A DNA stretch of 64,000 nucleotides from the NCBI GenBank assembly GCA_025699005.1, contig JAILWI010000002.1, positions 303,246 to 367,245 on the forward strand, given 5' to 3'. The DNA is from Chloroflexota bacterium. Its GTDB lineage: Bacteria; Chloroflexota; Limnocylindria; QHBO01. This document shows, in pieces, positions 37,796 through 47,348 of the stretch. The position numbers were made by a program, and so were the translations under genes. Position 1 is the first letter of the stretch. Each line of letters begins with the position of its first letter. The notes beneath the pieces were generated by a model. The model searched no databases and had not been told where the DNA came from. It saw only the letters and a program-made list of their open reading frames with translations.

Positions 37796-39202
37796 TCAGC
37801 GCCGAGCGGTCACCTGTCCCTCCGGCGTGTCGCGTACCTCGACCCCCAGCTCCTCGAGCCTGTCGCGCAGCGCGTCCGAAGCGGCGAAGTCGCGCGCCGC
37901 CCGAGCCTTTGCTCTCCGCTCCAGAAGCTCCGCAGCGCCATCGGGCAAGACCGTTTCCGGCTGTGGCGCATCGAGCGAGAGACCGAGGACGCGGTCGAAA
38001 TCACGTATCAGCGCGGCGCGTTGTCGATCGGTGAGGTCGGACGCCGACGCCACCTCGTGCGCCAGTGCCAGCGCACGGGGCGTGGCGAGATCGTCCGAGA
38101 GGGCATCGCGAAAGCGGGAACGGTAGGTCGCCATCGGCTCGTCGCTGAGGTCGAGTGTGCCGCTCTCGCTGGCGGCCGCGCGCCGAAGCTTCGCGAGTCC
38201 CGAGGTCGCGGCGTGCATGGCCGCATCGGTGAAGTCGAGCTTCGACCGGTAGTGGGCAGTCAGCGCGAGATAGCGGAAGGCCAGGGGCTCGTATCCCATC
38301 GCCGGGAGATCGGCGACGCGGATGATGTTGCCCGCGCTCTTCGCCATCTTCGCGTCGTCCATCGTCAGGAACTCGCCGTGCAGCCAGACGCTGACGACCG
38401 GGTGGCCGAGCGCACCCTCCGACTGGGCGATCTCGTCCTCGTGGTGCGGGAACTTGAGGTCGATGCCACCGGTGTGGATGTCGAACCGCTCGCCGAGGTG
38501 CTTGATCGACATCGCCGAGCACTCGATGTGCCACCCCGGGAACCCCTCGCCCCAGGGAGACGGCCATGACATGAGGCGATGCTCACCGGCGTGCTTCCAG
38601 AGGGCGAAGTCGGCCGGGTTGCGCTTGTCCGCCTCCACGTCCACGCGATGGCCGGCGTGCGTCTCCTCCACCTTCTGGCCGGAGAGCCGGCCGTAGGCCG
38701 GGAACGCGGAGACGTCGAAGTAGATCGTGCCGTCGACCTCGTACGCGAGGCTGCGCTCGAGCAGCCGCCGGGTGAGCTCGATCATCTCGCCGATGTGGTC
38801 GGTCGCCTTCGGCATCAGGTCGGCGGGCAGGATGTTGATGAGGCGCTCGTCCTCGAGCCAGGCGTCGGTGTAGAACGCCGCGATCTCCGCCGGGGACTTG
38901 CCTTCCGTCTCGGCCGCGAGCTCGATCTTGTCCGGTCCGCTGAGCGAATCGAGCTGGTCGTCCCGCATGTGCCCGACGTCGGTGATGTTCTTCACGTAGC
39001 GCACCTCGTAGCCGAGGTACTCGAGGGTGCGGTGCAGGACATCGCCGAAGAGGTAGGTCCGCAGGTTGCCGATGTGCGCGTACTTGTAGACCGTGCTGCC
39101 GCAGGTGTAGATAGTCACCCTGCCCGGCTCGATCGGGTCGAGCGGCTCGGTTCGACGCGTCAGCGTGTTGTGCAGGCGCACCTGCGGCGGGGAATCCGAC
39201 AT
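37796..39202 (-). CDS. cysS: cysteine--tRNA ligase
   Basis: 468 aa. Class I HIGH (CGSTVYKYAHIGN) and KMSKS (KMAKSAGN) motifs. Zinc-binding Cys and C-terminal anticodon-binding helical domain. The length favours CysS over MshC. Confidence 0.8.
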   Translation of the reverse strand: MSDSPPQVRLHNTLTRRTEPLDPIEPGRVTIYTCGSTVYKYAHIGNLRTYLFGDVLHRTLEYLGYEVRYVKNITDVGHMRDDQLDSLSGPDKIELAAETEGKSPAEIAAFYTDAWLEDERLINILPADLMPKATDHIGEMIELTRRLLERSLAYEVDGTIYFDVSAFPAYGRLSGQKVEETHAGHRVDVEADKRNPADFALWKHAGEHRLMSWPSPWGEGFPGWHIECSAMSIKHLGERFDIHTGGIDLKFPHHEDEIAQSEGALGHPVVSVWLHGEFLTMDDAKMAKSAGNIIRVADLPAMGYEPLAFRYLALTAHYRSKLDFTDAAMHAATSGLAKLRRAAASESGTLDLSDEPMATYRSRFRDALSDDLATPRALALAHEVASASDLTDRQRAALIRDFDRVLGLSLDAPQPETVLPDGAAELLERRAKARAARDFAASDALRDRLEELGVEVRDTPEGQVTARR

Positions 39203-39261
39203 GGCCCGCGCATTGTAGCGAGCGCGCCCGCGCGACCCGTAGCGGGCGGTCGCCTCCAGCG

Positions 39262-39684
39262 TCAGTGAACCCGGTCGTGATCCAGCGAGCGCAGTCGCTG
39301 CGCGACCGTCTCCAGCACGTGGAGCCGAACCTCCGGGAAGTCGTCCATGAGCGTGTGGAACTCACGTCGCGCGAGGACGAGGAGGCGTGAGTCGGCCTTG
39401 AGGGTGACGCTCGCCGTCCGCGGACCGCCGTCGATCAGTGCGATCTCGCCGAGCACCGTGCCCGGTCCACGCTCGCCCAGTGATTCGCCGTCGCGCTCGA
39501 CGTCGGCCGCCCCATCGATGAGGATGAACATCTCGGCGCCGCGTTCACCCTGCGCCATGATGCGGCGCCCTGCGGGCAGGTCGACGATGTCCGCCAGCGA
39601 GCCGATCCTCTCGAGCTCGCGGTCGCGCAGCCCTTCGAACAGGGGCACCGCTCGCAGCAGGTCGATCTTCTCGTCGTGGCCCAC
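39262..39684 (-). CDS. cyclic nucleotide-binding domain protein (140 aa)
   Basis: Crp-like cNMP-binding beta-roll (LLRAVPLFEGL...IMAQGERGAEMFILIDGAADVER...GPGTVLGEIALIDGGPRTASVTL). GTG start at 39684. The longer track ORF would overlap the divergent NUDIX gene. Confidence 0.55.
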   Translation of the reverse strand: MGHDEKIDLLRAVPLFEGLRDRELERIGSLADIVDLPAGRRIMAQGERGAEMFILIDGAADVERDGESLGERGPGTVLGEIALIDGGPRTASVTLKADSRLLVLARREFHTLMDDFPEVRLHVLETVAQRLRSLDHDRVH

Positions 39685-39777
39685 CGAACCCTCCCGATGC
39701 GATGAATGGGTCGCCGTAGCGTAGCGCCTCGGGACGGCGCTGCGAAGAGGGGAATCCCACGTCGCTACCATGCAGGC

Positions 39778-40368
39778 ATGCCGCAGCGCGACGTCTCCGA
39801 CGCCTTTCCCCTGACGCTCGGGGAGAACCCGCGCTTCTGCCCGGCCTGTGGTGACTCCGTCGAGGCCCGGACGCTCGAGGACGACCATCGTCCACGCCTC
39901 GTGTGTCCTCGCGGCCATGTCACGTGGCGCAACCCCCGCGTGGTGGTGGGTGCCATCCCCGTCGCGGACGGTCGAATCTACCTCGGGCGGCGTGCCATCG
40001 AGCCCGCCCGGGATCGTTGGACGTATCCCGGCGGCTTCCTCGAGATCGGTGAATCGGCGCAGGAAGGAGCACGGCGCGAGACGGAGGAGGAGACGGAGCT
40101 GCTCGTGGAGATCGGCCGGCTCGTCGGCGTGTACTCGCGGCCGCATGCCGGGATCGTGGCCATCGTCTTCGAGGCGTCGGTCGTGGGCGGGCGGCCGGAA
40201 CCCTCGGCGGAGACGAGCGAGGTCCGCGCGTTCGGCCCCGACGAGATTCCCTGGGATGAGCTCGCGTTCAGCACGGTAGAGAGCGCGCTCCGGGACTGGG
40301 TCGCGGCGCTGCCGGGACGCGGCCCGCGCCACGAGCCCCAGCTCTACGTCGAGGGTGACCCGGCGTAG
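39778..40368 (+). CDS. NUDIX hydrolase with N-terminal zinc-ribbon (NudC-like)
   Basis: Nudix box GGFLEIGESAQEGARRETEEETEL. Upstream CPACG...VCPRGH ribbon. Confidence 0.75.
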   Translation: MPQRDVSDAFPLTLGENPRFCPACGDSVEARTLEDDHRPRLVCPRGHVTWRNPRVVVGAIPVADGRIYLGRRAIEPARDRWTYPGGFLEIGESAQEGARRETEEETELLVEIGRLVGVYSRPHAGIVAIVFEASVVGGRPEPSAETSEVRAFGPDEIPWDELAFSTVESALRDWVAALPGRGPRHEPQLYVEGDPA

Positions 40369-40817
40369 CGCGTGACGTCTCCGCGCAGCGGCACGCCCGC
40401 TCCGAGCAGCAGGCCGTAGGCGACCGACGCGAGCGCCGGAATCGGGTGCGTGGCGAACGCCGTGACCGCCGAGTCCGGCGCGAGGGCGGCCGCGACCAGG
40501 CCCCAGGCAAGGAGCGCGAATGCAGGTCCAGCCACGATCACGGTGCTGCGAACGGTGAAGAAGCGGCCGAAGAAGTACGCGAACGTCATCCCCACCAGGG
40601 CTCCCGCGGCCTGGACTCCGGCGAGGCCGACGACGAAGCCGAGCTCCGGGCTGAGCTGGAGCGGCGAGATCGCGGCCGCCAGCGGGCGAAGGGGCGCCAG
40701 CGCGTCACCCTGCGTCATCGCGGCGAGCACCATGGCGAGCGCCGCCCAGACGTATGCCCCGGCAAGGCCGGCGACGAAGCCACGATAGGCGAGCCGAAGC
40801 CCGTTGATCTCGGTCAC
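40344..40817 (-). CDS. hypothetical membrane protein (157 aa)
   Basis: 4 TM helices. Convergent with the NUDIX gene, with tails overlapping by 25 nt. Confidence 0.4.
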   Translation of the reverse strand: MTEINGLRLAYRGFVAGLAGAYVWAALAMVLAAMTQGDALAPLRPLAAAISPLQLSPELGFVVGLAGVQAAGALVGMTFAYFFGRFFTVRSTVIVAGPAFALLAWGLVAAALAPDSAVTAFATHPIPALASVAYGLLLGAGVPLRGDVTRYAGSPST

Positions 40818-40897
40818 GGCCCGAGCCTAGGCCGCGCGGCGCCTCGATCCGACTGGTCGAAGGTCCGGTCCGGCCCCGTACGCGCGGCGGGTGGGCC

Positions 40898-42166
40898 TCA
40901 GCCGGCGTACCGCGTGAAGACGCTGACGGCGTTCTGCCCCCCGAACCCGAAGCCGTTGGCGATCGCGACGTCGACCGAAGCGGTTCGGGCCGTGTTCGGA
41001 ACGTAGTCCAGATCGCACGCGGGATCGGGGGTCTCGAGATTGATCGTCGGCGGGATCGTGCCGTCGCGGATGGCGAGCACCGCGGCGAGGCCGGAGATCG
41101 CCCCGGCCGCGCCGAGCGTGTGGCCCACCATCGACTTGTTGCTGCTGACGGCCAGCCGATCCGCATGAGCGCCGAACGCCGCGCGGATGGCCTTCGTCTC
41201 GGTGGCGTCGTTCAATGGCGTGGACGTGCCGTGGGCGACGACATAGTCGACCTGCTCGGGGGCGAGGTGCGCATCCCGCACCGCTCGCTGCATGGCCATC
41301 GTCGCGCCGTACCCCGCCGGGTCCGGCGCCGAGATGTGGAAGGCGTCGCCGCTGAGGGCGCCGCCCGCGACCTCCCCGATGATCTCCGCGCCACGTGCCT
41401 CCGCGTGCTCCGCCGCCTCGATGACCATGACGACCGCCGCCTCCCCGAAGACGAAGCCGTCGCGGTCGGCGTCGAACGGCCGCGAAGCGCCAGCCGGATC
41501 GTCGTTCCGGGTGGAGAGCGCGCCCATGTTGCCGAGGGCGGCGAACGAGACCGGCATGATGGCGCTCTCGGTGCCGCCGGTGACCACGACGTCCACATCA
41601 CCGTGCTCGATGAGGCGCTGTGCCTCGACGAAGGCCTGGATGCCCGACGCGCACGCGGCCACCGAGGTGATCACCGGGCCTCGGATGCCGTTCTGGATGC
41701 TCACCTGGCAGGCGGCCATCGACGGCGACATCATCGGCACCATGAAGGGGCTGACCCGATCGGGGCCGCGTTCCGTCAGCGTCACCTCGCCGATGGCAAC
41801 CTCCTGAAGACCGCCACCGCCGGTGTTGATGACGACCGCGATGTCATCCCGGTTGGCGTCGCCGATCTCGAGGCGCGACTGGTCGATCGCCTGCCGTGCG
41901 GCCGCGACGGCGAGCTGCGAGAAGCGGCTCATCCTTCGCGCCTGCTTGAAGTCCATCCAGTCCTTCGGCTCGAAGTCCTTGACCTCGGCAGCGATCCGAA
42001 CCTCGAGATCCGACGCGTCGAACAGGCTGATCGGCGCGACGCCCGACACGCCGCCGACGAGGTTGCGCCAGAACGTCTCGACGTCGTTGCCGATGGGCGT
42101 GATGGCGCCCAGGCCGGTCACGACGGCCCGGCGTGCCGGGTCACGCGGCGGCGGGGTGCGGGTCAT
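40898..42166 (-). CDS. fabF: beta-ketoacyl-[ACP] synthase II
   Basis: Active-site Cys context SVAACASG, His motifs VVAHGTSTPLND and MVGHTLGAAG. ATG at 42166 preceded by a strong SD (CAGGAGGATCC). The track ORF extension to 42994 is antisense to the next gene. Confidence 0.85.
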   Translation of the reverse strand: MTRTPPPRDPARRAVVTGLGAITPIGNDVETFWRNLVGGVSGVAPISLFDASDLEVRIAAEVKDFEPKDWMDFKQARRMSRFSQLAVAAARQAIDQSRLEIGDANRDDIAVVINTGGGGLQEVAIGEVTLTERGPDRVSPFMVPMMSPSMAACQVSIQNGIRGPVITSVAACASGIQAFVEAQRLIEHGDVDVVVTGGTESAIMPVSFAALGNMGALSTRNDDPAGASRPFDADRDGFVFGEAAVVMVIEAAEHAEARGAEIIGEVAGGALSGDAFHISAPDPAGYGATMAMQRAVRDAHLAPEQVDYVVAHGTSTPLNDATETKAIRAAFGAHADRLAVSSNKSMVGHTLGAAGAISGLAAVLAIRDGTIPPTINLETPDPACDLDYVPNTARTASVDVAIANGFGFGGQNAVSVFTRYAG

Positions 42167-42219
42167 GAAGGATCCTCCTGGTGCTGGGCGCGCGGCCGAC
42201 CGCCGGACGGCGAAGCCGC

Positions 42220-43500
42220 CTATCGGTCGAAGCGTCGCAGGATGACGGTGCTGTTGTGGCCGCCGAGGCCCATCGAGTTCGAGAGCGCGACCTCGACCTG
42301 GGCCGCCCGGGCCTCGTTCGGCACGTAGTCGAGCGTCAGCTCGGGGTCGGGGTGGCGATAGTTGATGGTGGGCGGGATGCACCCGGTCTGGAGCACCCTC
42401 GCGCAGACGAAGGCCTCGATCGCCCCGGCCGCGCCCATGGCATGTCCGGTCATCGACTTCGTGCTGCTCACCGCCAGGCGATCCGCGTGCTCGCCGAAGA
42501 CCTCGCGGATGGCCATCGTCTCGTAGCGGTCGTTGAGCGGCGTGCTCGTCCCGTGGGCGTTGATGTAACCGACCTCGGTCGGGTCGATGCCGGCGCGGGC
42601 CAGCGCCGCACGCATGGCGCGCTGGTTCCCCTCGCCGCGGTCGGCCGGGGCCGCCATGTCGTAGGCATCGGCGGACGATCCGTAGCCGATCACCTCGGCG
42701 ATCGGGCGCGCCCCGCGCGCCAGCGCATGCTCCATCTCCTCGAGCACGAGCACGGCCGAGCCCTCGGCCACCACGAACCCGTCGCGGGTCGCGTCGAACG
42801 GGCGCGACGCCATCGGTGGGCTGTACTCGCCGGAGTCGGGGTCCTTCGGCGTGCCGAGGGCGCGCATCTGGCCGAACCCGGCGAAGGCGAGCGGCACGAG
42901 CGGCGCCTCGGTGCCGGCGCCGAGCATGATGTCGGCCTGGCCTCGCACGATGGCCTCCATCGCCTCGCCGATGGCGTGGCCGCCGGTCGCGCATGCGCTG
43001 ACCACGGCCATGTTCGGGCCGCGGATGCCGTACTCGATGGCGACCTGTCCCGAGGCGGAGTCGGGGAGCATGTGGGGGAGCATGAACGGCGAGACGCGCC
43101 GCGGCCCGCGCTCGAGCAGGGTCTGGTGCCCGTCGAGCATCATGCCGATCCCGCCGATGCCGGTGCCGAAGACCATGCCGAACCGGTCGGCGTCCACGTC
43201 ACCGTTGACACGGCCGTCGTCGCCGAGCAGGCCGGCGTTGCGAAGTGCCTCGCCGCTCGCCGCGACGGCGAAGTGCGTGTTGCGGTCGTGGCGGCGCACG
43301 TCCTTGGCGTCCATGTACCGGGTGGCGTCGAAATCCTTAACCTCGCCGGCCACGCGGACCTCGAAGGGCGACGCATCGAAGAGCGTGATGTCAGCGATGC
43401 CGGATCGGCCCGAGACCAGGGCGTCCCAGGACGCCTCGACCCCGATCCCGACCGGTGAAACGATGCCGAGGCCGGTGACCACGGCGCGCCGGACCGTCAC
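42220..43500 (-). CDS. beta-ketoacyl-[ACP] synthase (KasA/FabF-like, second paralog)
   Basis: VSACATGG active site, INAHGTSTPLND, MTGHAMGAAG. GTG start overlapping the fabD stop. Confidence 0.85.
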   Translation of the reverse strand: MTVRRAVVTGLGIVSPVGIGVEASWDALVSGRSGIADITLFDASPFEVRVAGEVKDFDATRYMDAKDVRRHDRNTHFAVAASGEALRNAGLLGDDGRVNGDVDADRFGMVFGTGIGGIGMMLDGHQTLLERGPRRVSPFMLPHMLPDSASGQVAIEYGIRGPNMAVVSACATGGHAIGEAMEAIVRGQADIMLGAGTEAPLVPLAFAGFGQMRALGTPKDPDSGEYSPPMASRPFDATRDGFVVAEGSAVLVLEEMEHALARGARPIAEVIGYGSSADAYDMAAPADRGEGNQRAMRAALARAGIDPTEVGYINAHGTSTPLNDRYETMAIREVFGEHADRLAVSSTKSMTGHAMGAAGAIEAFVCARVLQTGCIPPTINYRHPDPELTLDYVPNEARAAQVEVALSNSMGLGGHNSTVILRRFDR

Positions 43501-44486
43501 GCGGGGAGCTCACGCAGCGTGGCGAGGAACGAGCGATCGCTGGGCCCGTCGGCGACGTGGGTCTCCGCATCGGGGCTGATGCGTCGGATGAGGCCGGAGA
43601 GCACGCGACCGGGGCCGACCTCCACGAAGTCGGTCACGCCGGTCCCCACCAGGCGGCGCACCGTCTCCGTCCACTGGACGCCATGGACGAGGTGCTCGCT
43701 GAGCTCGGCGCGGAGGCCGTCGGCGGTGTTGATGACCGTGGCGTGCACGTTCCCGAGCATCGGGACCTGCGGGTCGCGGAACGGGACGAGGCTGAGGATC
43801 TTGCCGAACTCGTCGCGTGCACGGCGCATGAGCGGGGAGTGGCTCGCCACGCTGACGGTGAGGCGTGCCGCCTTTCGCGCGCCGACCGTCTTGCTCATCT
43901 CGAGCGCGAAGACGAGGGCCGGGATGACGCCCGACAGCACGATCTGTCCGGGGGCGTTCGCGTTCGCCACGCTGATCTCACCGTGCTGCCGTGCCTCGGC
44001 CACGATCTCGTGGACCTGCTCGTCGGAAAGGCCGATGACGGCGCCCATCCCGCCGGCGATGCCGCGCTCCTGCATGATCCGGCCACGTTCGCGGACGAGG
44101 CGCAGGGCATCGGCGTAGTCGATGGCGTCGGCCGCGACCGCCGCGGCGTACTGGCCGGCCGAATGCCCGGCCATGGCGGTGGGACGGATCTCGACGCCCG
44201 CGTCGCGGGCCTCGGCGCGGATCGCCTCCAGGAACGCGACGCTCGTGGCCAGGATGGCCGGTTGGGCATTGATCGTCTCGTCCAGCTCCTCGGCGGGGCC
44301 CTCCAGGATCATCCGGGACAGCGGGATGCCGAGCGCAGCGTCGGCGCGGGCGTAGACCTCGGCCGCGGCGGGCGAGCGCGCGACGAGATCGGCCCCCATG
44401 CCGACGTACTGCGAGCCCTGGCCCGGGAAGACGAAAGCGATGGATCGCGAGCGAGGCCGGTCGCTCGCATCGGTGGAGTGCGTCAT
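43497..44486 (-). CDS. fabD: [acyl-carrier-protein] S-malonyltransferase
   Basis: FVFPGQGSQ and GHSAGQYAA motifs. ATG at 44486. Confidence 0.85.
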   Translation of the reverse strand: MTHSTDASDRPRSRSIAFVFPGQGSQYVGMGADLVARSPAAAEVYARADAALGIPLSRMILEGPAEELDETINAQPAILATSVAFLEAIRAEARDAGVEIRPTAMAGHSAGQYAAAVAADAIDYADALRLVRERGRIMQERGIAGGMGAVIGLSDEQVHEIVAEARQHGEISVANANAPGQIVLSGVIPALVFALEMSKTVGARKAARLTVSVASHSPLMRRARDEFGKILSLVPFRDPQVPMLGNVHATVINTADGLRAELSEHLVHGVQWTETVRRLVGTGVTDFVEVGPGRVLSGLIRRISPDAETHVADGPSDRSFLATLRELPA

Positions 44487-44562
44487 CACATCAAGTCCCA
44501 GAATGCACGCGCGAGTATAGCCGAGCACGCTCGGGCCAGCGATCTCGGGGGTGGTCCGGCGG

Positions 44563-45957
44563 TCAGTCGACCACGTACGACCGCACGACGTCGAGGAGGA
44601 CCGGCAGGCCGAACGCGATGGCGCTGACGGGGACGCGCTCGTCGTGGCCGTGGAAGAGCTTGAGGAACGGGAAGTCCGCTTCGAGCCGAAGGGGCGCGAA
44701 GCCGTAGCACGGGATGCCGAGCTGGGCGAGAGCCTTCGCGTCCGTGCCCGGCGTGATCATCATCGGCAGAGGGATGCCTTCGGGATCGGCTCGCTCGAGG
44801 GCGTCACGCATGTGATCGACGATCGGCGCGTCGGTGGGCCACTCGATCGCCGGCAGGGCGACCACCGGCTCGACCTCCGCGTCGTCGCCGACGACGTCGC
44901 GCAGATGGGCCAGGAGCGTTTCCTGGTCCGTTCCCGGCAGCGTGCGGACGTCGAGCTCGGCCTCGCCGGCTCCCGGCATCACGTTGACCTTCTTGCCGGA
45001 GCGCAGGATCGTCGGCGTCACGGTGTCGCGCAGCATGGCGTCGAGTGATCGACGCACGACCGGATCGGTGACGCGTTCTTCGAGGATCGATCTCGCGGCA
45101 TCCGGGTCCGAGGTCGCGAGCTCAGCCACCTCGCCCAGGCCGATCGCCTCCAGCATCTCGGCCACGAGCGGGGTCACCACCGCCCGGCGTCCCGCCTGGT
45201 CCTCCGCGAGCGCCGCGACGGCGCGGGCCAGCCTGACGGCCGCGTTGTCGGTGTGCGGCATCGAGGCATGCCCCGGTGATCCGGTGGATCGCAGCCGTGT
45301 CCAGACGATGCCCTTCTCGGCGACCTGCAGCGTGTAGAAGCGCCGGCCGTCGAGCGTCATCGAGTAGCCCCCGACCTCGTTGAGCGCAGCTTCCGCGGGC
45401 CGTCCGTGCGCGTCGCGGAACAGGTCGGGCCGTCGCTCGACGAGCCCGCGCGCGCCGAACTCGCCGCCGGCCTCCTCGTCGGCGACGGCCGCGAAGATGA
45501 CGTCGCGTCGCAACGGGGCACCGGACCGCTTGAGCGCGAGCATCACCGCCAGCTCCATGGCGACCATGTCCTTCATGTCGACGGCGCCACGTCCCCACAC
45601 CTCGCCGTCGATGAGCTCGCCGCCGAAGGGATCCCGCGACCACGACTCGGCGTCGACCGGAACCACGTCGAGGTGCGAGAGGAGGATGAGCGGCGCCTCG
45701 GGTTCTGAGACCGACGCCGGCAGCCGGGCGATGCAGCTGCCCCGGCCCGGCTCGATCTCGACGACCTCCGTGCCGATGCCGACGGCTCCCAGCGCGTCGG
45801 CGCAGTACTGCGCGGCGGCGCGTTCGGCGCCCGCGGAGTCGAGTCCGGCGGCCGCTTCGGGAACGCCCGGCGGGTTCACCGACGGGATGCGGATCAGCGC
45901 GCGCAGGTGCTCGATGCACTCGTCGAGGTCGAGAAGGGAGGACGCATCACGGCTCAT
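44563..45957 (-). CDS. M20 family metallopeptidase (ArgE/DapE/ACY1/CPG2-like)
   Basis: 464 aa with the metal-binding region ILLSHLDVVP...DMKDMVAMEL and a dimerisation domain. Confidence 0.75.
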   Translation of the reverse strand: MSRDASSLLDLDECIEHLRALIRIPSVNPPGVPEAAAGLDSAGAERAAAQYCADALGAVGIGTEVVEIEPGRGSCIARLPASVSEPEAPLILLSHLDVVPVDAESWSRDPFGGELIDGEVWGRGAVDMKDMVAMELAVMLALKRSGAPLRRDVIFAAVADEEAGGEFGARGLVERRPDLFRDAHGRPAEAALNEVGGYSMTLDGRRFYTLQVAEKGIVWTRLRSTGSPGHASMPHTDNAAVRLARAVAALAEDQAGRRAVVTPLVAEMLEAIGLGEVAELATSDPDAARSILEERVTDPVVRRSLDAMLRDTVTPTILRSGKKVNVMPGAGEAELDVRTLPGTDQETLLAHLRDVVGDDAEVEPVVALPAIEWPTDAPIVDHMRDALERADPEGIPLPMMITPGTDAKALAQLGIPCYGFAPLRLEADFPFLKLFHGHDERVPVSAIAFGLPVLLDVVRSYVVD

Positions 45958-46853
45958 GCCGGGGAGCGTAGCGCGTGACGCCGCCGTGCCAGGGCGCCGA
46001 GCGGCACCTCGGCGAGCAGGAGGGCGAGCGCCACGAGGAGCAGCACCGGTTCGCTGACGGCCAGGCCGAGCGCCAGCAGCGCAACGAGGAAGACGAGGTG
46101 GATGGCGATCCGGATCGCGAACGCCAGCCGCAGGTCGACGATCCGGACCGCATCCGCATTCGGTGCCACCCGGTCAGGACCCCAGATGGCCCACGCGCTC
46201 ACGGCGGAGAACGCCGCCAGGCAGATCCAGAAGATCACGAGACCCCCACCGGGCACGTCATCGACGATCGGCACCAGGAAGCTGAACGCCATGATGCTCA
46301 GGAACAGGAGCGCGAAGGCAGGGAGCGGGACGAGCAGCTGGAGCCAGGCCAGCATCGGACGGCGCAGCGCCGGCTCGCGGAGCCAGCGGGTGAGGAGGCT
46401 GAAGGCCGCGGTCACGAACAGCCAGGCATAGAAGTTCCCGGCCGGCACACCGAACCAGCCGTCCGTCGGTCCGATCTCGCGCCAGGTCCAGAGCCCCATC
46501 CGGATCGCGACGGCGTCGAAGGCGAGGTCGAGCATGATCGCGAGCACGCTGTCAACGAACGGGGCGTAGCGACGGCGGACGCCCAGCGCATCGGTGATCC
46601 GCATCGCACCGGCGATGATGAGCGCCCACGTGAGACCGATGACCACCGGGGCCCGGTCGATCGCCAGCACGAACTCGGGCGAGTACTCGTACGTCTCGAA
46701 CAGGATCTGGTTTCCCTGCTCGAGGAGCAGGCCGAAGGCTGCGGCACTGGCGAGCTCGAGAAACGGCAGCCGTCCGCGACGGAATGCCAGCCATCCGGCG
46801 ATCACGAAGAAGGCGCCGCCACCGAGCTCGATGAGGGCGAAGGTCAGGTTCAC
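45954..46853 (-). CDS. hypothetical integral membrane protein (299 aa)
   Basis: 8 or more TM helices. GTG start. Overlaps the M20 gene start by 4 nt. Confidence 0.45.
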   Translation of the reverse strand: MNLTFALIELGGGAFFVIAGWLAFRRGRLPFLELASAAAFGLLLEQGNQILFETYEYSPEFVLAIDRAPVVIGLTWALIIAGAMRITDALGVRRRYAPFVDSVLAIMLDLAFDAVAIRMGLWTWREIGPTDGWFGVPAGNFYAWLFVTAAFSLLTRWLREPALRRPMLAWLQLLVPLPAFALLFLSIMAFSFLVPIVDDVPGGGLVIFWICLAAFSAVSAWAIWGPDRVAPNADAVRIVDLRLAFAIRIAIHLVFLVALLALGLAVSEPVLLLVALALLLAEVPLGALARRRHALRSPA

Positions 46854-46973
46854 GATGGGGAGTACGTCCCGGTGCGGGGGCGCGGATCAGCAGCGGTCGT
46901 CGATCGATCATCCGGCCGCCGGACTGCCCGGCCCGAGTGTGCCACACGAGCCGCGGAGCTCCCCGGCCGTAGA

Positions 46974-47342
46974 ATGCGGGCGATGACGAACGCGTCCCCC
47001 CGCTTCGCCCGCGTGCTCGCGGCCGATGAGCTGCGCGACGGCGAGCTCATGCCGGTCGAGATCGACGGAACGCCGGTCGTGCTCGTGCGGCACCTCGGTG
47101 CGTTCTACGCCGTGCAGAACAACTGCAGCCATCGGGACTTCCCGCTGTCGGAGGCGGGCTTCGATCCGCGCGACGCCGTGCTGGTCTGCGCGTGGCACGG
47201 CGGCTGTTTCGACGTGCGGTCGGGCGCCGCCGTCGTGCCCCCGGCGACCGAGGCGGTCGAGACGTTCCCCGTACGGGTCCGTGATGGGTGGGTCGAGATC
47301 GGCCTGACGGGTTCGCTCGCACCGCAGCGCGGCGCCGCCTGA
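46974..47342 (+). CDS. Rieske [2Fe-2S] domain protein (ferredoxin subunit-like)
   Basis: CSHRDFPLS...CAWHGGCF gives the two CxH / CxxH Rieske boxes. Alternative ATG at 46983. Confidence 0.7.
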   Translation: MRAMTNASPRFARVLAADELRDGELMPVEIDGTPVVLVRHLGAFYAVQNNCSHRDFPLSEAGFDPRDAVLVCAWHGGCFDVRSGAAVVPPATEAVETFPVRVRDGWVEIGLTGSLAPQRGAA

Positions 47343-47348
47343 GGACCG

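Noticed and set aside
38583-39365. 260-aa minus ORF and several plus ORFs inside cysS
   Set aside because: Alternate-frame artefacts within the cysS CDS. cysS has clear HIGH and KMSKS motifs.
39262-40332. 356-aa version of the cNMP-binding ORF
   Set aside because: It would overlap the divergent NUDIX gene by about 550 nt. A GTG at 39684 gives a compact 140-aa cNMP domain.
40898-42994. N-terminal extension of the fabF ORF to 698 aa
   Set aside because: The extension overlaps the upstream KAS gene in another frame. A strong SD sits directly before ATG 42166.
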